Below the pieces are notes generated by a model that saw only the letters and a program-made list of their open reading frames with translations, ran no database searches and was not told the DNA's origin. The position numbers were made by a program, and so were the translations under genes. Of a DNA stretch of 64,000 nt, positions 50,301 to 58,346 are shown piece after piece; positions within the stretch are counted from its first letter, which is position 1; every line of letters begins with the position of its first letter. Source of the stretch: an uncultured virus (IMG/VR IMGVR_UViG_3300038825_001395) (lineage: Duplodnaviria; Heunggongvirae; Uroviricota; Caudoviricetes); the IMG/VR virus record IMGVR_UViG_3300038825_001395; one strand, given 5' to 3'.

Positions 50301-51276
50301 AAAATGTAAATCCCTTTCCAACTTCTCTACCAACACTTAACGAACCGGTTAATAGGTTATCTGTTTTTTCTACAAAGAAAGGAGCAGAATCAAATGTTAT
50401 AAATGATGATGTTACCTCAACTATCTCACCTTGTCTATCTTTATCTAGGTATTGTGCTAATTGTTTTGACGGACTTAAAAATCTTAATCTAAATTTTACA
50501 GGTGTGTTTCTTCTAAATGTTTTTGGTGTCGGTATCTTTGTGGTATTTGTTATTGGGTTTAGACCAGAGGTAAGAGTTTGACTATCTGTTTCAAACGAAC
50601 CACTTGTTAATGGATATGATGTTATCACATCAAAATCATCTGTTTTAGATTTTTGTTCGTTGTATGCTAATTCTACAGATTCAATCTTTCCACCATTAGT
50701 TTCTAAATCAGAAAGAGTTACATTAATAAAACTTCTTTTATAAACTGTATCACTATCATCAAACTCAACCGTTTCACTTATACTTAAATTTGTTTGAATA
50801 TCGGATGGCTTTGCTAATACAAGTGGCGATGTATTTGGAAAATCTTTTCTTATATCATAGGTAAAAGAAGTTCTTACATTATATATTCCTTTCCAATCAT
50901 TTGGTATTTCTTCACCATCTAACTCACCCATTACATATAAGAAAGCAGGTCCGTCAGCAATCTCATCTGCTGTTCTTAATGGATCTTTCTTTATCCAAAT
51001 AAATCCATTACCAGCGCCACTTAATTCTTCTATATCTATAAGGTTAGAAAATATTACAGTTCCACGAGAGTCAACAAACTCAAAAACAATATTGGATAAG
51101 TTTTTAAGAAGTGGTTCGTCTTCAGGATCATTAAAGGTTATAGAAAAAGGATGTTTTCCATAACTTAGGGTGCTGGGTAGACCAGTTATACTAAAGTATT
51201 TGGTATCGTTATCCTGTGTTTCAAGGAATACATCTTTCTTTTTGAGGTCTAGTACCTGACTAAATAGTTCTGCCAT
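44347..51276 (-). CDS. Very long modular tail fibre / baseplate-anchored fibre (2309 aa)
   Basis: Ten SGSxxSTGSF(G/A) junction repeats, VGIGT repeats, C-terminal GDYIVTSDKIGHG..GKVIAQALE chaperone-like domain. Confidence 0.8.
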   Translation of the reverse strand: MAELFSQVLDLKKKDVFLETQDNDTKYFSITGLPSTLSYGKHPFSITFNDPEDEPLLKNLSNIVFEFVDSRGTVIFSNLIDIEELSGAGNGFIWIKKDPLRTADEIADGPAFLYVMGELDGEEIPNDWKGIYNVRTSFTYDIRKDFPNTSPLVLAKPSDIQTNLSISETVEFDDSDTVYKRSFINVTLSDLETNGGKIESVELAYNEQKSKTDDFDVITSYPLTSGSFETDSQTLTSGLNPITNTTKIPTPKTFRRNTPVKFRLRFLSPSKQLAQYLDKDRQGEIVEVTSSFITFDSAPFFVEKTDNLLTGSLSVGREVGKGFTFSGKKSAELSTVDYKGFTSASLGLGPGILMYSGSVKDDITDDYSLGGVGLELVANSESFFRFRTNPSELDIRTNKFFIGSETSQFISASSGNIEISSSLFHLDPANNTMTLSGSITATDGTIGGYEIGQTSLFSERVVNTDIFATASMFAGDSSQNAGFEIDARDDRADFRANTIYSLTTAGSKINEHLNVYTTGSNANFNPFFDSIGPTTANNHFVGKQLTTGYNGFFDQLYKRNDFGPNGIGDGIYEWVSILINSGSSGNPYNENDPTKATGIHFGTGSNNTLSVRQDTLTLLGSSGGLVSGSAQSTGSFGSLVVADKVQGNLEIDGITILGGTTQLNDGTATSNIIASNSTTLLLGGASYWTEIKYGKDADVIHNFLGTFNNVSGSSTSTGSFGHLMVGGGNFTSASLAAGGSGGSGISNVVEDTTPQLGGDLDLNSNDITGTGNIDIVGNITAQNFIVSSSVTSIEYQSLSGSTIFGDSADDTHTFLGNTISGSSTSTGSFGTAHIADNLGIGTTNPTVGLQLGVSTSGLTKTAIFNSEGGGEVGLKIQSRTNRAKLRVADNDTSAYVVAEGGISSFGPSAEAATTNISVLSSGNVGIGTTTPSTNYPITIAKNESDEYDTAAYGKAMLRLENTNTGATQPHNLIHFRLEKNGGDGYLGFIAGGSVNEEHFVLGNQIDGEVLRVASGGKVGIGTTSPAVQLHLSSSTANNFRIERSGTTNAAVHFKNASEDWYAGVTSAENFSISRNADIASGTEFVIRGNTGRVGIGTSTPDGTLHSHTATAGSVVAHASADEIVAENDNDGGISILTPNNKIGGIFFGDPDDNNIGMIQYSHALNRFAFTAAASSAPGFTLTGNTAEFGASTTRISGSASSTGSFAEAHIADRVGIRTTNPATTLHIVGGVGGPGDGIRIERSGFSSNYMTIDQDSINTSVGSLRLQNDSGGGVIIGGDMDFDAVNSIKNIQQVSGSSTSTGSFAHGFIANNLGIGTTSPVRMLDIVGAGAAIKVDSSDHAYIELDRGATGNLSQVKYLTAGSAKWYAGLTDSDVSGFDGTEFFIGEGSGGASDAHFVIDGSGNVTLGSGVALEFGDSNTKILGSSANNYLSFTPNGTELLRLVGTSISGSAVSTGSFGAGYIDNKLGVGTVNPKAPIHIFEDNYSTVMADPIADTRLFVSDIDGGSHIGIQSKNDNSGSIYFGHRTEIEAAKIVWDNSTDSMNFYSGSTKMFRYGLGDEIRFFKSLNSNSSIVTLGGIHVGGTSDPGNDNLTVDGIISGSIYDSINVEGTVSASGYGYFGGRVHLFGAISIGRQPGTDELTVGYDNSYNSIQYGKPAGTIHKFAGTIISGSSTSTGSFGSVRVREKYELAEHGDVFTIKDITNSRTLFSLTTGAVITLGNNYGANINLNTSAGVVIPNGTGLNVQSGNISGSAASTGSFGHGFIADKLGIGTTSPAYPLHITGADSAILLIGSTQGRVVLQDTGATSNSQAFDIVSVADKLNFRRLNDARSGVNATIMSFDGDKVGIGTTAPERKLHVVGNPILIDNNQHYEGKDSGGTKRRVIGLDSSNNINIGSGQSGGSINFIEGDATHMSIDASGNVEFLTASTISGSATSTGSFGELIIDSNGTFGGDIDLEGDIDVNGTTNLDNVDIDGTVQIDGNTTFGVSGTGVDVRFYGDTAGRYISWDQSADQLKFQDNTKLVFGTGLVTDADSDAQIYYDGSNLRLVNEGGVISLEDDVNVTGNVSGSATSTGSFGALRAGSGSLLELGDTTFAGYVGMKTGFMGSSDYMIISGISDGNTYISAKDTKSVEIRGGGNRDSNKIVVPDNTFIQLGGSSTTLIRPSVDNQATLGTAALRFSDVFAVQTTTGGVFETGLRTEKIGDNPTGTIVSWEEDGLVPCDKNEDELVMGVIKKGKDEPIVLGAEPVLVTGKVNVGDYIVTSDKIGHGKSVKRGYLLKKDLFGKVIAQALESCDGDSNLIKCMIRKM

Positions 51277-51346
51277 ATCAGTAATAAATATTTAATAAAT
51301 AAGTTATCGTATATATTTATAAGTATATTATATGGAGATTATCGGT

Positions 51347-51511
51347 ATGAAGAAGAAATGTTCTTTTACAATAGATGACCAGCTTATAGAATGGTTTAAG
51401 TTATATGCTAAGGAAGAAAGCACTACTATGAGTGCTGTATTAAATCAATATATTCTTAGTTTAAAACGAGGAACATCTAAACCTAAAAATGTTCTTTATA
51501 CTAACCGTTAG
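51347..51511 (+). CDS. Ribbon-helix-helix (CopG/Arc-like) DNA-binding protein, 54 aa, not in the ORF track
   Basis: MKKKCSFTIDDQLIEWFKLYAKEESTTMSAVLNQYILSLKRG..; GGAG SD at 51334-51337; ATATTTAT motif at 51313-51320. Confidence 0.75.
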   Translation: MKKKCSFTIDDQLIEWFKLYAKEESTTMSAVLNQYILSLKRGTSKPKNVLYTNR

Positions 51512-54500
51512 TTATATATAACCTTAGAAAAACCTTTATCATCTACATTTACAGGTAGTAAATAATCCATAAAGTCTTTGATTGTATCTAAGTGAGATAT
51601 GATAAAAACAGAATCAAATCTTGTTTTTAGATAATCAAAAGCACCTTTCATATTTGATAAGTTGTCCGTATCAAGTGTTCCAAATCCTTCATCTATAACA
51701 AGAAAGTTAGGACTTGGAAGATTAGATACATTAATCAAACCAACTCGGAGAGCAAGAGAAGAAACAAACTTTTCCATACCAGATGATAAACTTAACGGCC
51801 ATTCTTGGTCATCATACTTTATGTATAGGTTTATACTTTTATCTTCACTTGTTATACCTAACTGAAAACCAGCCATCATATGGTCTAATACTGTATTAAC
51901 TTCATTTTCTATTATTGGAAGAGCATCATTTATAATAAGTTGTGGTATCCCATCACGATTAACTAACCTTAAATAAATCTCATAATCCGAAACCTTTTGT
52001 TCTGCCTTTACCAAGTCTTTGATTTCTTCTCCAAGATTTTTTTGATTTGTTTGTTCTATTAAGATACTAGATTCTGTTATAGCTAAGTCTTTTTTGTTTT
52101 CATCTAATATATCACTTGCTATTCTTACTTGAGTTTCTAACTTATTTATTTTTTGTGTTAAGTTATAATTGTGAGCAATAGCAACTTCATTATCTAAAAA
52201 TATTGCTTGTTCTTCGGTAATCTTTTTTAAGGTTGATTGTGTTTGTTCTACTAAAAGTTCTAGTTCTTTTACTTTAGCATGAGTTTTATAAGCATCACCT
52301 TCAACTCTTTTTAAATCCTCAACCATACCGTCATATTTTTGTTTTGTCTTTACTATTGTTTCATCTAGCACAATACTATTTTGTTGTTCTATTAACAATT
52401 GATAACTTATTGTGGCATCACCTAAATCTTTTACTGCTGATTCTTTATCTTTGATTTGATGATCTCCATTTCTTAAACAATCTTCACAATCTTTGTTGTA
52501 ATGATACTTATCAAGTTCTGTTATTTGTTTTTCTAATAAGTCAATAGCCATTTCAACTCTTTCTATTTCTTTTTCTATATCAGAAAGATTGGTTTTTTGT
52601 TTAAGATATTCTTCATGTTTTTTGTTTAGGTCATCTTCATCATATACTTTTATCTGGTCAAATATTTGATTGTAGAGTGGTCTAAGATTTTCTCTATATT
52701 CATTTTCGGAAGCAAGAGTTGATTGTTGTTCTTCTAATTTAGTTGTAGTTTCTTCTATTAGTTTATCAAAATCCAATTCTTTTACATCACCGACATCTTT
52801 TAGTTTTGAGTTTAATTCTACTATCTCTTCTTTAAACTCTTTAATATCAGTTTCTATAGGCTTTATCTTTTGTTCTAACTCATCTTTCTTTTCACCTAAA
52901 TCAACTAAGGTTTGTTCTAACTTACCCATTTTTTGAAATACATTTTTATCTTTGATTCTTTTTAGATATCCTTTTTCATCAGATACATCTTCACGAGCAA
53001 TATCATAAAGTTTATCAAAAAGGTCAATACCCATAAATTGAGATAAAATCTTTTTTCTTTCTGCTTGTTTTTTATCAACAAAGTTTTGTCCGTTGTTTTG
53101 TAGAGAAAGTGATGTAAGAATAAAGTCATCAAATGTCCCTAAGATACTTTTTATTTCTTCATTAGTTCCACTTCCATATTGTGAATTACTACGAGCAGCT
53201 CCACTAAGGTCAATCATCTCATCATTTTCTATAACATAAAACTTAACAGATACAGGACATAGTTTTCTTACTTCGCCTGTTTTGCGACTTGTTCTAACTT
53301 TTAGTTTACCAGTTCGGTGAATAATATAATCAACACCATTTACCTCTAAGGATAGTTTTACCTCAAAGTTTTTTGACTTGTTGTTTAAGACTTCTATAGC
53401 TTTAAATGTTCTACTACAAGTATCAAATATGGTATAAGCAATAGCATCTATTAAAGCTGACTTACCACTATGGTTTGGAGCAACAACACCAACTACACCA
53501 TTTAGTTTAGTAAAATCAACTTTGTTATTTTTACCATAACTAAACATATTATCAAACTCAATATACTTTAATTTCCAATCTACATTTTTTGGTAGTTCAT
53601 TTTTCATACCAATAGATGAGTTTGTAAATTCATTAATATCAAATAATCTTTGTATAGTTTTATCATCTATGGCTGGGTTTTCTAATCTAGCCATTTTATC
53701 TATCAAATTATTTTGAACTTTTAAATCATGAATATCTTCTATTGATATTTTTGTATTAGAATTATTCATTATGTTTTCAATAGAATCTAATTTTTCAAAT
53801 GATATAGATTTAAGTTCTGAATAAGTTTTTCTTAAATCCATTTCTATCAAACGGAGTTTTTCAGCTGATGTTCCTTTATGTTTTATTTTTAAGTTACCAT
53901 ATCTAGGAACAAAGTTCATCTTACTTTTTATTTCATCATCTTCTACACGGATTGTTTTAAATCCATAATCATTTTCTACTTGAACAAACTCGGACTTTCT
54001 TTTTTCTACATCCCATAAAAGAAATCCGTGATCTGGTGCTTCAGCAAAGTTTTGTTGTATTAGTGAACCTGGATACGCAATAGTTTCATCATTATTTAAA
54101 AATTGTCTTTTGTGTATATCACCTAATAAAACTAAATCATAACCATCAAAGTCAATAACATTTACATGTTCATCACTCATAACTAAACCGGTATCAACTT
54201 GAAAGTTTCCAACACCACCATGATAAATAGCAATCTTATGGTCACCATCTATGTCTTTTGCTCTTGGTATATTTTTAGCATTTGGTTTTCCATCTTTTGT
54301 AATATCAAATACAGATAGATGACCGAATTGACAACCACCCATTTCATATACACCTGTTTTTTTCCAAAAATGTATTCTTGGATTTATCTGTTTTACTAAA
54401 TCAACAATTGGAGAAAGAACATCTTCTCTTGAAACATTATTTAAATTACAATCATGATTGCCTGGTACAACCAATAAGTCGGATATATCAGCAAGATTTA

Positions 54501-54708
54501 AAAAGAACTCTGCTACTAATCTTGTTTCTTCAGGTGAGGTGTCTAATTTTCCATGAACAATATCACCACCTATGTATATTAAGTCTGGTTTTACTTCTTT
54601 TAACTTTACATATAATCTATCAAACACATCTCTGTATTCTACAAACCTATGTAGTTTTCTAATGTGAATATCTGCTAAATGAGCAATCTTATTTATCTTC
54701 TTATCCAT
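51508..54708 (-). CDS. Fused SbcD/Mre11 nuclease and SbcC/Rad50 ATPase (T4 gp47-gp46-like)
   Basis: HLADIH, GGDIVH, PGNHD, LGDIHK, YPGS (phosphoesterase); APNHSGKS Walker A, CEDC zinc hook, SSGMEK signature, VIDEGFGTLD, ISH; start probably MDKKINK at 54708. Confidence 0.92.
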   Translation of the reverse strand: MDKKINKIAHLADIHIRKLHRFVEYRDVFDRLYVKLKEVKPDLIYIGGDIVHGKLDTSPEETRLVAEFFLNLADISDLLVVPGNHDCNLNNVSREDVLSPIVDLVKQINPRIHFWKKTGVYEMGGCQFGHLSVFDITKDGKPNAKNIPRAKDIDGDHKIAIYHGGVGNFQVDTGLVMSDEHVNVIDFDGYDLVLLGDIHKRQFLNNDETIAYPGSLIQQNFAEAPDHGFLLWDVEKRKSEFVQVENDYGFKTIRVEDDEIKSKMNFVPRYGNLKIKHKGTSAEKLRLIEMDLRKTYSELKSISFEKLDSIENIMNNSNTKISIEDIHDLKVQNNLIDKMARLENPAIDDKTIQRLFDINEFTNSSIGMKNELPKNVDWKLKYIEFDNMFSYGKNNKVDFTKLNGVVGVVAPNHSGKSALIDAIAYTIFDTCSRTFKAIEVLNNKSKNFEVKLSLEVNGVDYIIHRTGKLKVRTSRKTGEVRKLCPVSVKFYVIENDEMIDLSGAARSNSQYGSGTNEEIKSILGTFDDFILTSLSLQNNGQNFVDKKQAERKKILSQFMGIDLFDKLYDIAREDVSDEKGYLKRIKDKNVFQKMGKLEQTLVDLGEKKDELEQKIKPIETDIKEFKEEIVELNSKLKDVGDVKELDFDKLIEETTTKLEEQQSTLASENEYRENLRPLYNQIFDQIKVYDEDDLNKKHEEYLKQKTNLSDIEKEIERVEMAIDLLEKQITELDKYHYNKDCEDCLRNGDHQIKDKESAVKDLGDATISYQLLIEQQNSIVLDETIVKTKQKYDGMVEDLKRVEGDAYKTHAKVKELELLVEQTQSTLKKITEEQAIFLDNEVAIAHNYNLTQKINKLETQVRIASDILDENKKDLAITESSILIEQTNQKNLGEEIKDLVKAEQKVSDYEIYLRLVNRDGIPQLIINDALPIIENEVNTVLDHMMAGFQLGITSEDKSINLYIKYDDQEWPLSLSSGMEKFVSSLALRVGLINVSNLPSPNFLVIDEGFGTLDTDNLSNMKGAFDYLKTRFDSVFIISHLDTIKDFMDYLLPVNVDDKGFSKVIYN

Positions 54709-55615
54709 ATAACTTTGCCTGTATTGAATCACTAAAACTAGCCGATTCAGTTGAGTTTATTAATGTTGTTATTTTTTCCCAACCCAAATCATTCGGGTCT
54801 TGGTCTTTCGGTAATTTTACTACTTTACTATCTATCCCAAAATCCTTAAAGAACTCTGACATAACATAAGCATCTTTCTTTGCATCATCATCAAGAGCAA
54901 TATAAATTGTCTTAACATTTTTTTCAAAAATCTTTTGTAACAAACTTTTTGATGGTTTCTTACTTAACATCGGTATAGCGTTTGACCTAATAGACATAGC
55001 ATCAAACACACCTTCACACAATATAATTGGTTTTGACCAAGCAATATACCAATCAAATGGTATTACATCTCTTGATACATTTGGGTTTTTATACTTCATC
55101 TTTTCACCGACAAAAGAGCGACCAACAAAATAATTAAGTAATCCCATATGGTCATAACTTGGAATGATTATTCTGCCTTCATATAAACCTGAATCACAGA
55201 AACCTATTTTATATTTTTTTATATCCCAATCAGTAATACCTCTTTTATGTAAAAATGATTTTGCTTGATTACGGTAAATAGATTTACTAACTTTCCAAAG
55301 AGCTTGAAAATCTCTTGGTAAAGATACAATAACCTTTGATTCAGTTTCATCTTTTGATTTACTTGGAGTAAATACTAAATCTTTAAGCTCGGTAAAATAC
55401 CTAGTGTCAGCATTTACTTTTTTAAATAGTGAGTAAATAGAATGACCACCTTGATTACTAACCCAACAATGCCACTTCTGTGATTCTATGTTGACCTGTA
55501 ACTTAGGCTTATAGTGACTAACAAACGGAGAGTAAAACATATACTCATCTGCTTTGGTTAGGTTTTTACTTTTACTATTTAATGTTCTTTCTAATAGATA
55601 AACTAATTTATTCAT
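54701..55615 (-). CDS. dnaG: DNA primase (TOPRIM)
   Basis: FLHKRGI, GRIIIP, KYKNP, LCEGVFDA, ALDDDA, DPNDL; start probably MNKLVY at 55615. Confidence 0.88.
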   Translation of the reverse strand: MNKLVYLLERTLNSKSKNLTKADEYMFYSPFVSHYKPKLQVNIESQKWHCWVSNQGGHSIYSLFKKVNADTRYFTELKDLVFTPSKSKDETESKVIVSLPRDFQALWKVSKSIYRNQAKSFLHKRGITDWDIKKYKIGFCDSGLYEGRIIIPSYDHMGLLNYFVGRSFVGEKMKYKNPNVSRDVIPFDWYIAWSKPIILCEGVFDAMSIRSNAIPMLSKKPSKSLLQKIFEKNVKTIYIALDDDAKKDAYVMSEFFKDFGIDSKVVKLPKDQDPNDLGWEKITTLINSTESASFSDSIQAKLYG

Positions 55616-56111
55616 ATAAGGCACATACTAATGCGTCATAAGCATCCATGTTTCTTTTATCCCATAATCCTGTCTTAGTTAATTTAACATATTCTTCTAA
55701 AGAATACAAGCAATTTATTTGTTTTTTTACAAAATCTTTTGCTGATACTCCTTTTTCACGAGATTTACCAAAGAGATTTTTTCTCGCTGTCATAGGGTTA
55801 ATACCATCTACTATTTCTCCATAAGCAAACTCTAAACAATATACTAATACTGCATTAAACTTTGCTAACTTTATGATTGTTTGTTGTGATGTTCTACCAC
55901 GCATAAAACCAGACAAACTATCTTCTATATAGATTTTATCAATTTCATCAAAAGGATCTAACTTATTGACTTCATCTAATGTAAGTTTTACTTTGTCTCT
56001 TATTGTTTTTTCTTTGTTGATGGGTATGAAACCCATATCAATAACTTTTTTGTTTTCAACAAATGCATATCCAACTGTTGTGGTAGAGGCATCCAAACCT
56101 AATATTTTCAC
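55608..56111 (-). CDS. ruvC: RuvC-like Holliday junction resolvase
   Basis: ILGLDASTTTVGYA, IYIED and D..DA acidic motifs. Confidence 0.8.
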   Translation of the reverse strand: MKILGLDASTTTVGYAFVENKKVIDMGFIPINKEKTIRDKVKLTLDEVNKLDPFDEIDKIYIEDSLSGFMRGRTSQQTIIKLAKFNAVLVYCLEFAYGEIVDGINPMTARKNLFGKSREKGVSAKDFVKKQINCLYSLEEYVKLTKTGLWDKRNMDAYDALVCALYE

Positions 56112-56671
56112 TTATATATGTTTTTCCTATTAATCCTTAAATAATCTTTTGCCATTTTACGACCAAACTTTTCTGCTTTCTTTTCAAAGTAGTTATCATC
56201 GTGAAAATCACCACCCCTTTCAACAGCCTTATTCATTTCCATCTCATATCTTTGTTTATATTTTTTCTTACCAAACTTTTTAGCGTCTATAGCGTGGTCT
56301 ATTTCGTGAAAAACTGTAACTAAAAAATCTTTGAAATCTGATGTTGGTGTTATATAAATAGTATCTGTATCTACATTATAATCAGCTTTATTTCCAGCTC
56401 TTTTAGCAAATACAATCTTTGATTTTAATCCAGCTTTATTTACTATCTGTTTTGCTGTATCATGAAAATCTACTCTTTCATTTACTTCTGTCTTTGGAGC
56501 TATTCTAAAATTCACAACTTTTCTTCCGTTTATCGTTGGCATTCCGTGTTCATCTTTTCCAATAGACTTAACAACTATCTTTTTGTTCTTAAACCTACCC
56601 CCTAATATAACATCGCCAGGTTTAATATCCAAGACAATTCTTTCTAAAAGTAAATCTTTTAATTTAACCAT
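56108..56671 (-). CDS. HExxH metallopeptidase-like protein with MVKLKDLLLE leader
   Basis: VFHEIDHA plus downstream FEKKAE; start ATG 56671. Confidence 0.65.
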   Translation of the reverse strand: MVKLKDLLLERIVLDIKPGDVILGGRFKNKKIVVKSIGKDEHGMPTINGRKVVNFRIAPKTEVNERVDFHDTAKQIVNKAGLKSKIVFAKRAGNKADYNVDTDTIYITPTSDFKDFLVTVFHEIDHAIDAKKFGKKKYKQRYEMEMNKAVERGGDFHDDNYFEKKAEKFGRKMAKDYLRINRKNIYK

Positions 56672-57188
56672 AATTAACCACCCTAGCATCCATCTTAATA
56701 TTTGGGTATTTACCTTTTAGTTTTTTTACAGCACTTACATTTTTTGGTGAGTCATCAAGAAATAATATATTATCATATCCCTTTTCTATTTGACCTTGTA
56801 TCCAATCAGCTTTTTTCTTGGGATTACTATCTCCTAATGCTACAACATAAACATCATTAAACCCAACATCCTTTAAAAACTTTCTTACGGGTTTGTAAGC
56901 AGCCCTAGCAGTTAAAATGGTTAATCTTCTACTACCACTAGCTTTATAAATGTTTTTAAATACTCTGAACATAGCTTTTATTTTTTTTGGTTCTATGACT
57001 TTATCAAAATCAGAAAAGTCAAACTCATCACCAGGTTTTTTATTATAGACAGCAAACTCACCAGGCGTTAAGGTTTTCTTTTTACCTTTATTTATAACAA
57101 ACACTTTAGAATTAGATTTAACTAAGGTATCATCAAAATCAAATACCCTTAGTTTTTTTTCTAAAATTAAATCAAGAAGTTTAATCAT
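56664..57188 (-). CDS. HAD-superfamily phosphatase with MIKLLDLILE leader
   Basis: VFDFDDTL (motif I), ILTAR (II), KK (III), FLDDSPKN (IV); start ATG 57188. Confidence 0.85.
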   Translation of the reverse strand: MIKLLDLILEKKLRVFDFDDTLVKSNSKVFVINKGKKKTLTPGEFAVYNKKPGDEFDFSDFDKVIEPKKIKAMFRVFKNIYKASGSRRLTILTARAAYKPVRKFLKDVGFNDVYVVALGDSNPKKKADWIQGQIEKGYDNILFLDDSPKNVSAVKKLKGKYPNIKMDARVVNYG

Positions 57189-57603
57189 CCTTTTCGCCAA
57201 AAGCTTTCTTACCCCAAATGTAAGAAATCTTATCATCCTTTATAGGACCACCTTTAGCCCAAGTATTACAAGAACGAGCAGAATGACATTTGAAATGATG
57301 CATCCAACAATATCCCAATACACCTGAGTCATCTGATACTTCACCTGGCATACACTCTAACATTCTCGGTGATATGTCAAATGCTGTACAATTACCACAA
57401 AGAGATGTTCTGGCTGCTTCTACGGATGTGTTCCACTTATCAGCAATCTTTTCCCAATAGTCACCAGGCTCATCAGGATTAAGAGGACCATACATATGAT
57501 TTTTTACAGTTTCATCTCTGTTTCTTGTATTAAGCTCAACATCTTGAGTTGATGGTGGGCACTCTTTAAACTTTTGTTCTAATAGGTCTTGTAGTTTTAT
57601 CAT
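57181..57603 (-). CDS. Cys-rich protein with MIKLQDLLE leader
   Basis: CGNCTAF..GYCWMHHFKCHSARSCNTW. Confidence 0.65.
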   Translation of the reverse strand: MIKLQDLLEQKFKECPPSTQDVELNTRNRDETVKNHMYGPLNPDEPGDYWEKIADKWNTSVEAARTSLCGNCTAFDISPRMLECMPGEVSDDSGVLGYCWMHHFKCHSARSCNTWAKGGPIKDDKISYIWGKKAFGEKDD

Positions 57604-58346
57604 TTTATCCCCTTAAGAATAAGTTGTTTTTCTATCCACTTTTTACCTAGATAATTTTTAATTGGTTGTTTAATAAACTTATTAATACCCTTTTTCATTA
57701 ACATATCAAATTTATCTTTTGCCTTTTTTTCATCCAATGTTTTAGAATTATCAACCATAAGAAAATTAGCATTTCCAAAAAGACCTTGAAATGATATTCT
57801 ATTTTTTTGTACTTCATTCCAAGATGTTTCTACTAATTCAGGATTAAGTTTTCTAGGTCTTTCCATGTTTCTTTGTTGAGCTACATCTAAATCTGTATGA
57901 ACAAATACCATATAACAATCATAACCTATTGCTTCTAACTCTCTTTTTTGTTCTAATATCTTTCCGTATTTATGACCGGTGCCATCTATGATTAATCCCA
58001 ATCTACCATTCATATACATTTTTTTTCTTTGAGCAGTTAGTTCTTTTGCTCTACCCCTCATCCCACTATAATCATCATAATCAGGATCAGTAAGTTGTCT
58101 GAATAGTTCTTCTGGCATATCATCTAAGTCTAAACCAAAACCATATTTTTTTAACATTCTTTCTAATTCTTTATCTTGATTAACAAGTTTTAGTCCATAA
58201 GCAGATACATTAATTTTTTTTGGTATTCCAAATAACCCTTGAGCAACAAAAGATTTACCACTACCAGGTCCTCCAGCAAGAAATACTGCCTTGAGAATAC
58301 CTTTGTCCATAACACCTTCTGTAAGTATATCCTTTAACTTTACCAT
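57600..58346 (-). CDS. P-loop kinase (polynucleotide kinase / zeta-toxin-like) with MVKLKDILTE leader
   Basis: AGGPGSGKS Walker A, LIIDGTG, lid QRNMERPR; start ATG 58346. Confidence 0.82.
   Translation of the reverse strand: MVKLKDILTEGVMDKGILKAVFLAGGPGSGKSFVAQGLFGIPKKINVSAYGLKLVNQDKELERMLKKYGFGLDLDDMPEELFRQLTDPDYDDYSGMRGRAKELTAQRKKMYMNGRLGLIIDGTGHKYGKILEQKRELEAIGYDCYMVFVHTDLDVAQQRNMERPRKLNPELVETSWNEVQKNRISFQGLFGNANFLMVDNSKTLDEKKAKDKFDMLMKKGINKFIKQPIKNYLGKKWIEKQLILKGIK

Noticed and set aside
25260..57602. Genome-wide TGA or TAG stop-codon reassignment
   Set aside because: Core genes are intact under code 11 and TGA ends several genes, often in ATGA/GTGA overlaps; only 60885-60883 looks recoded
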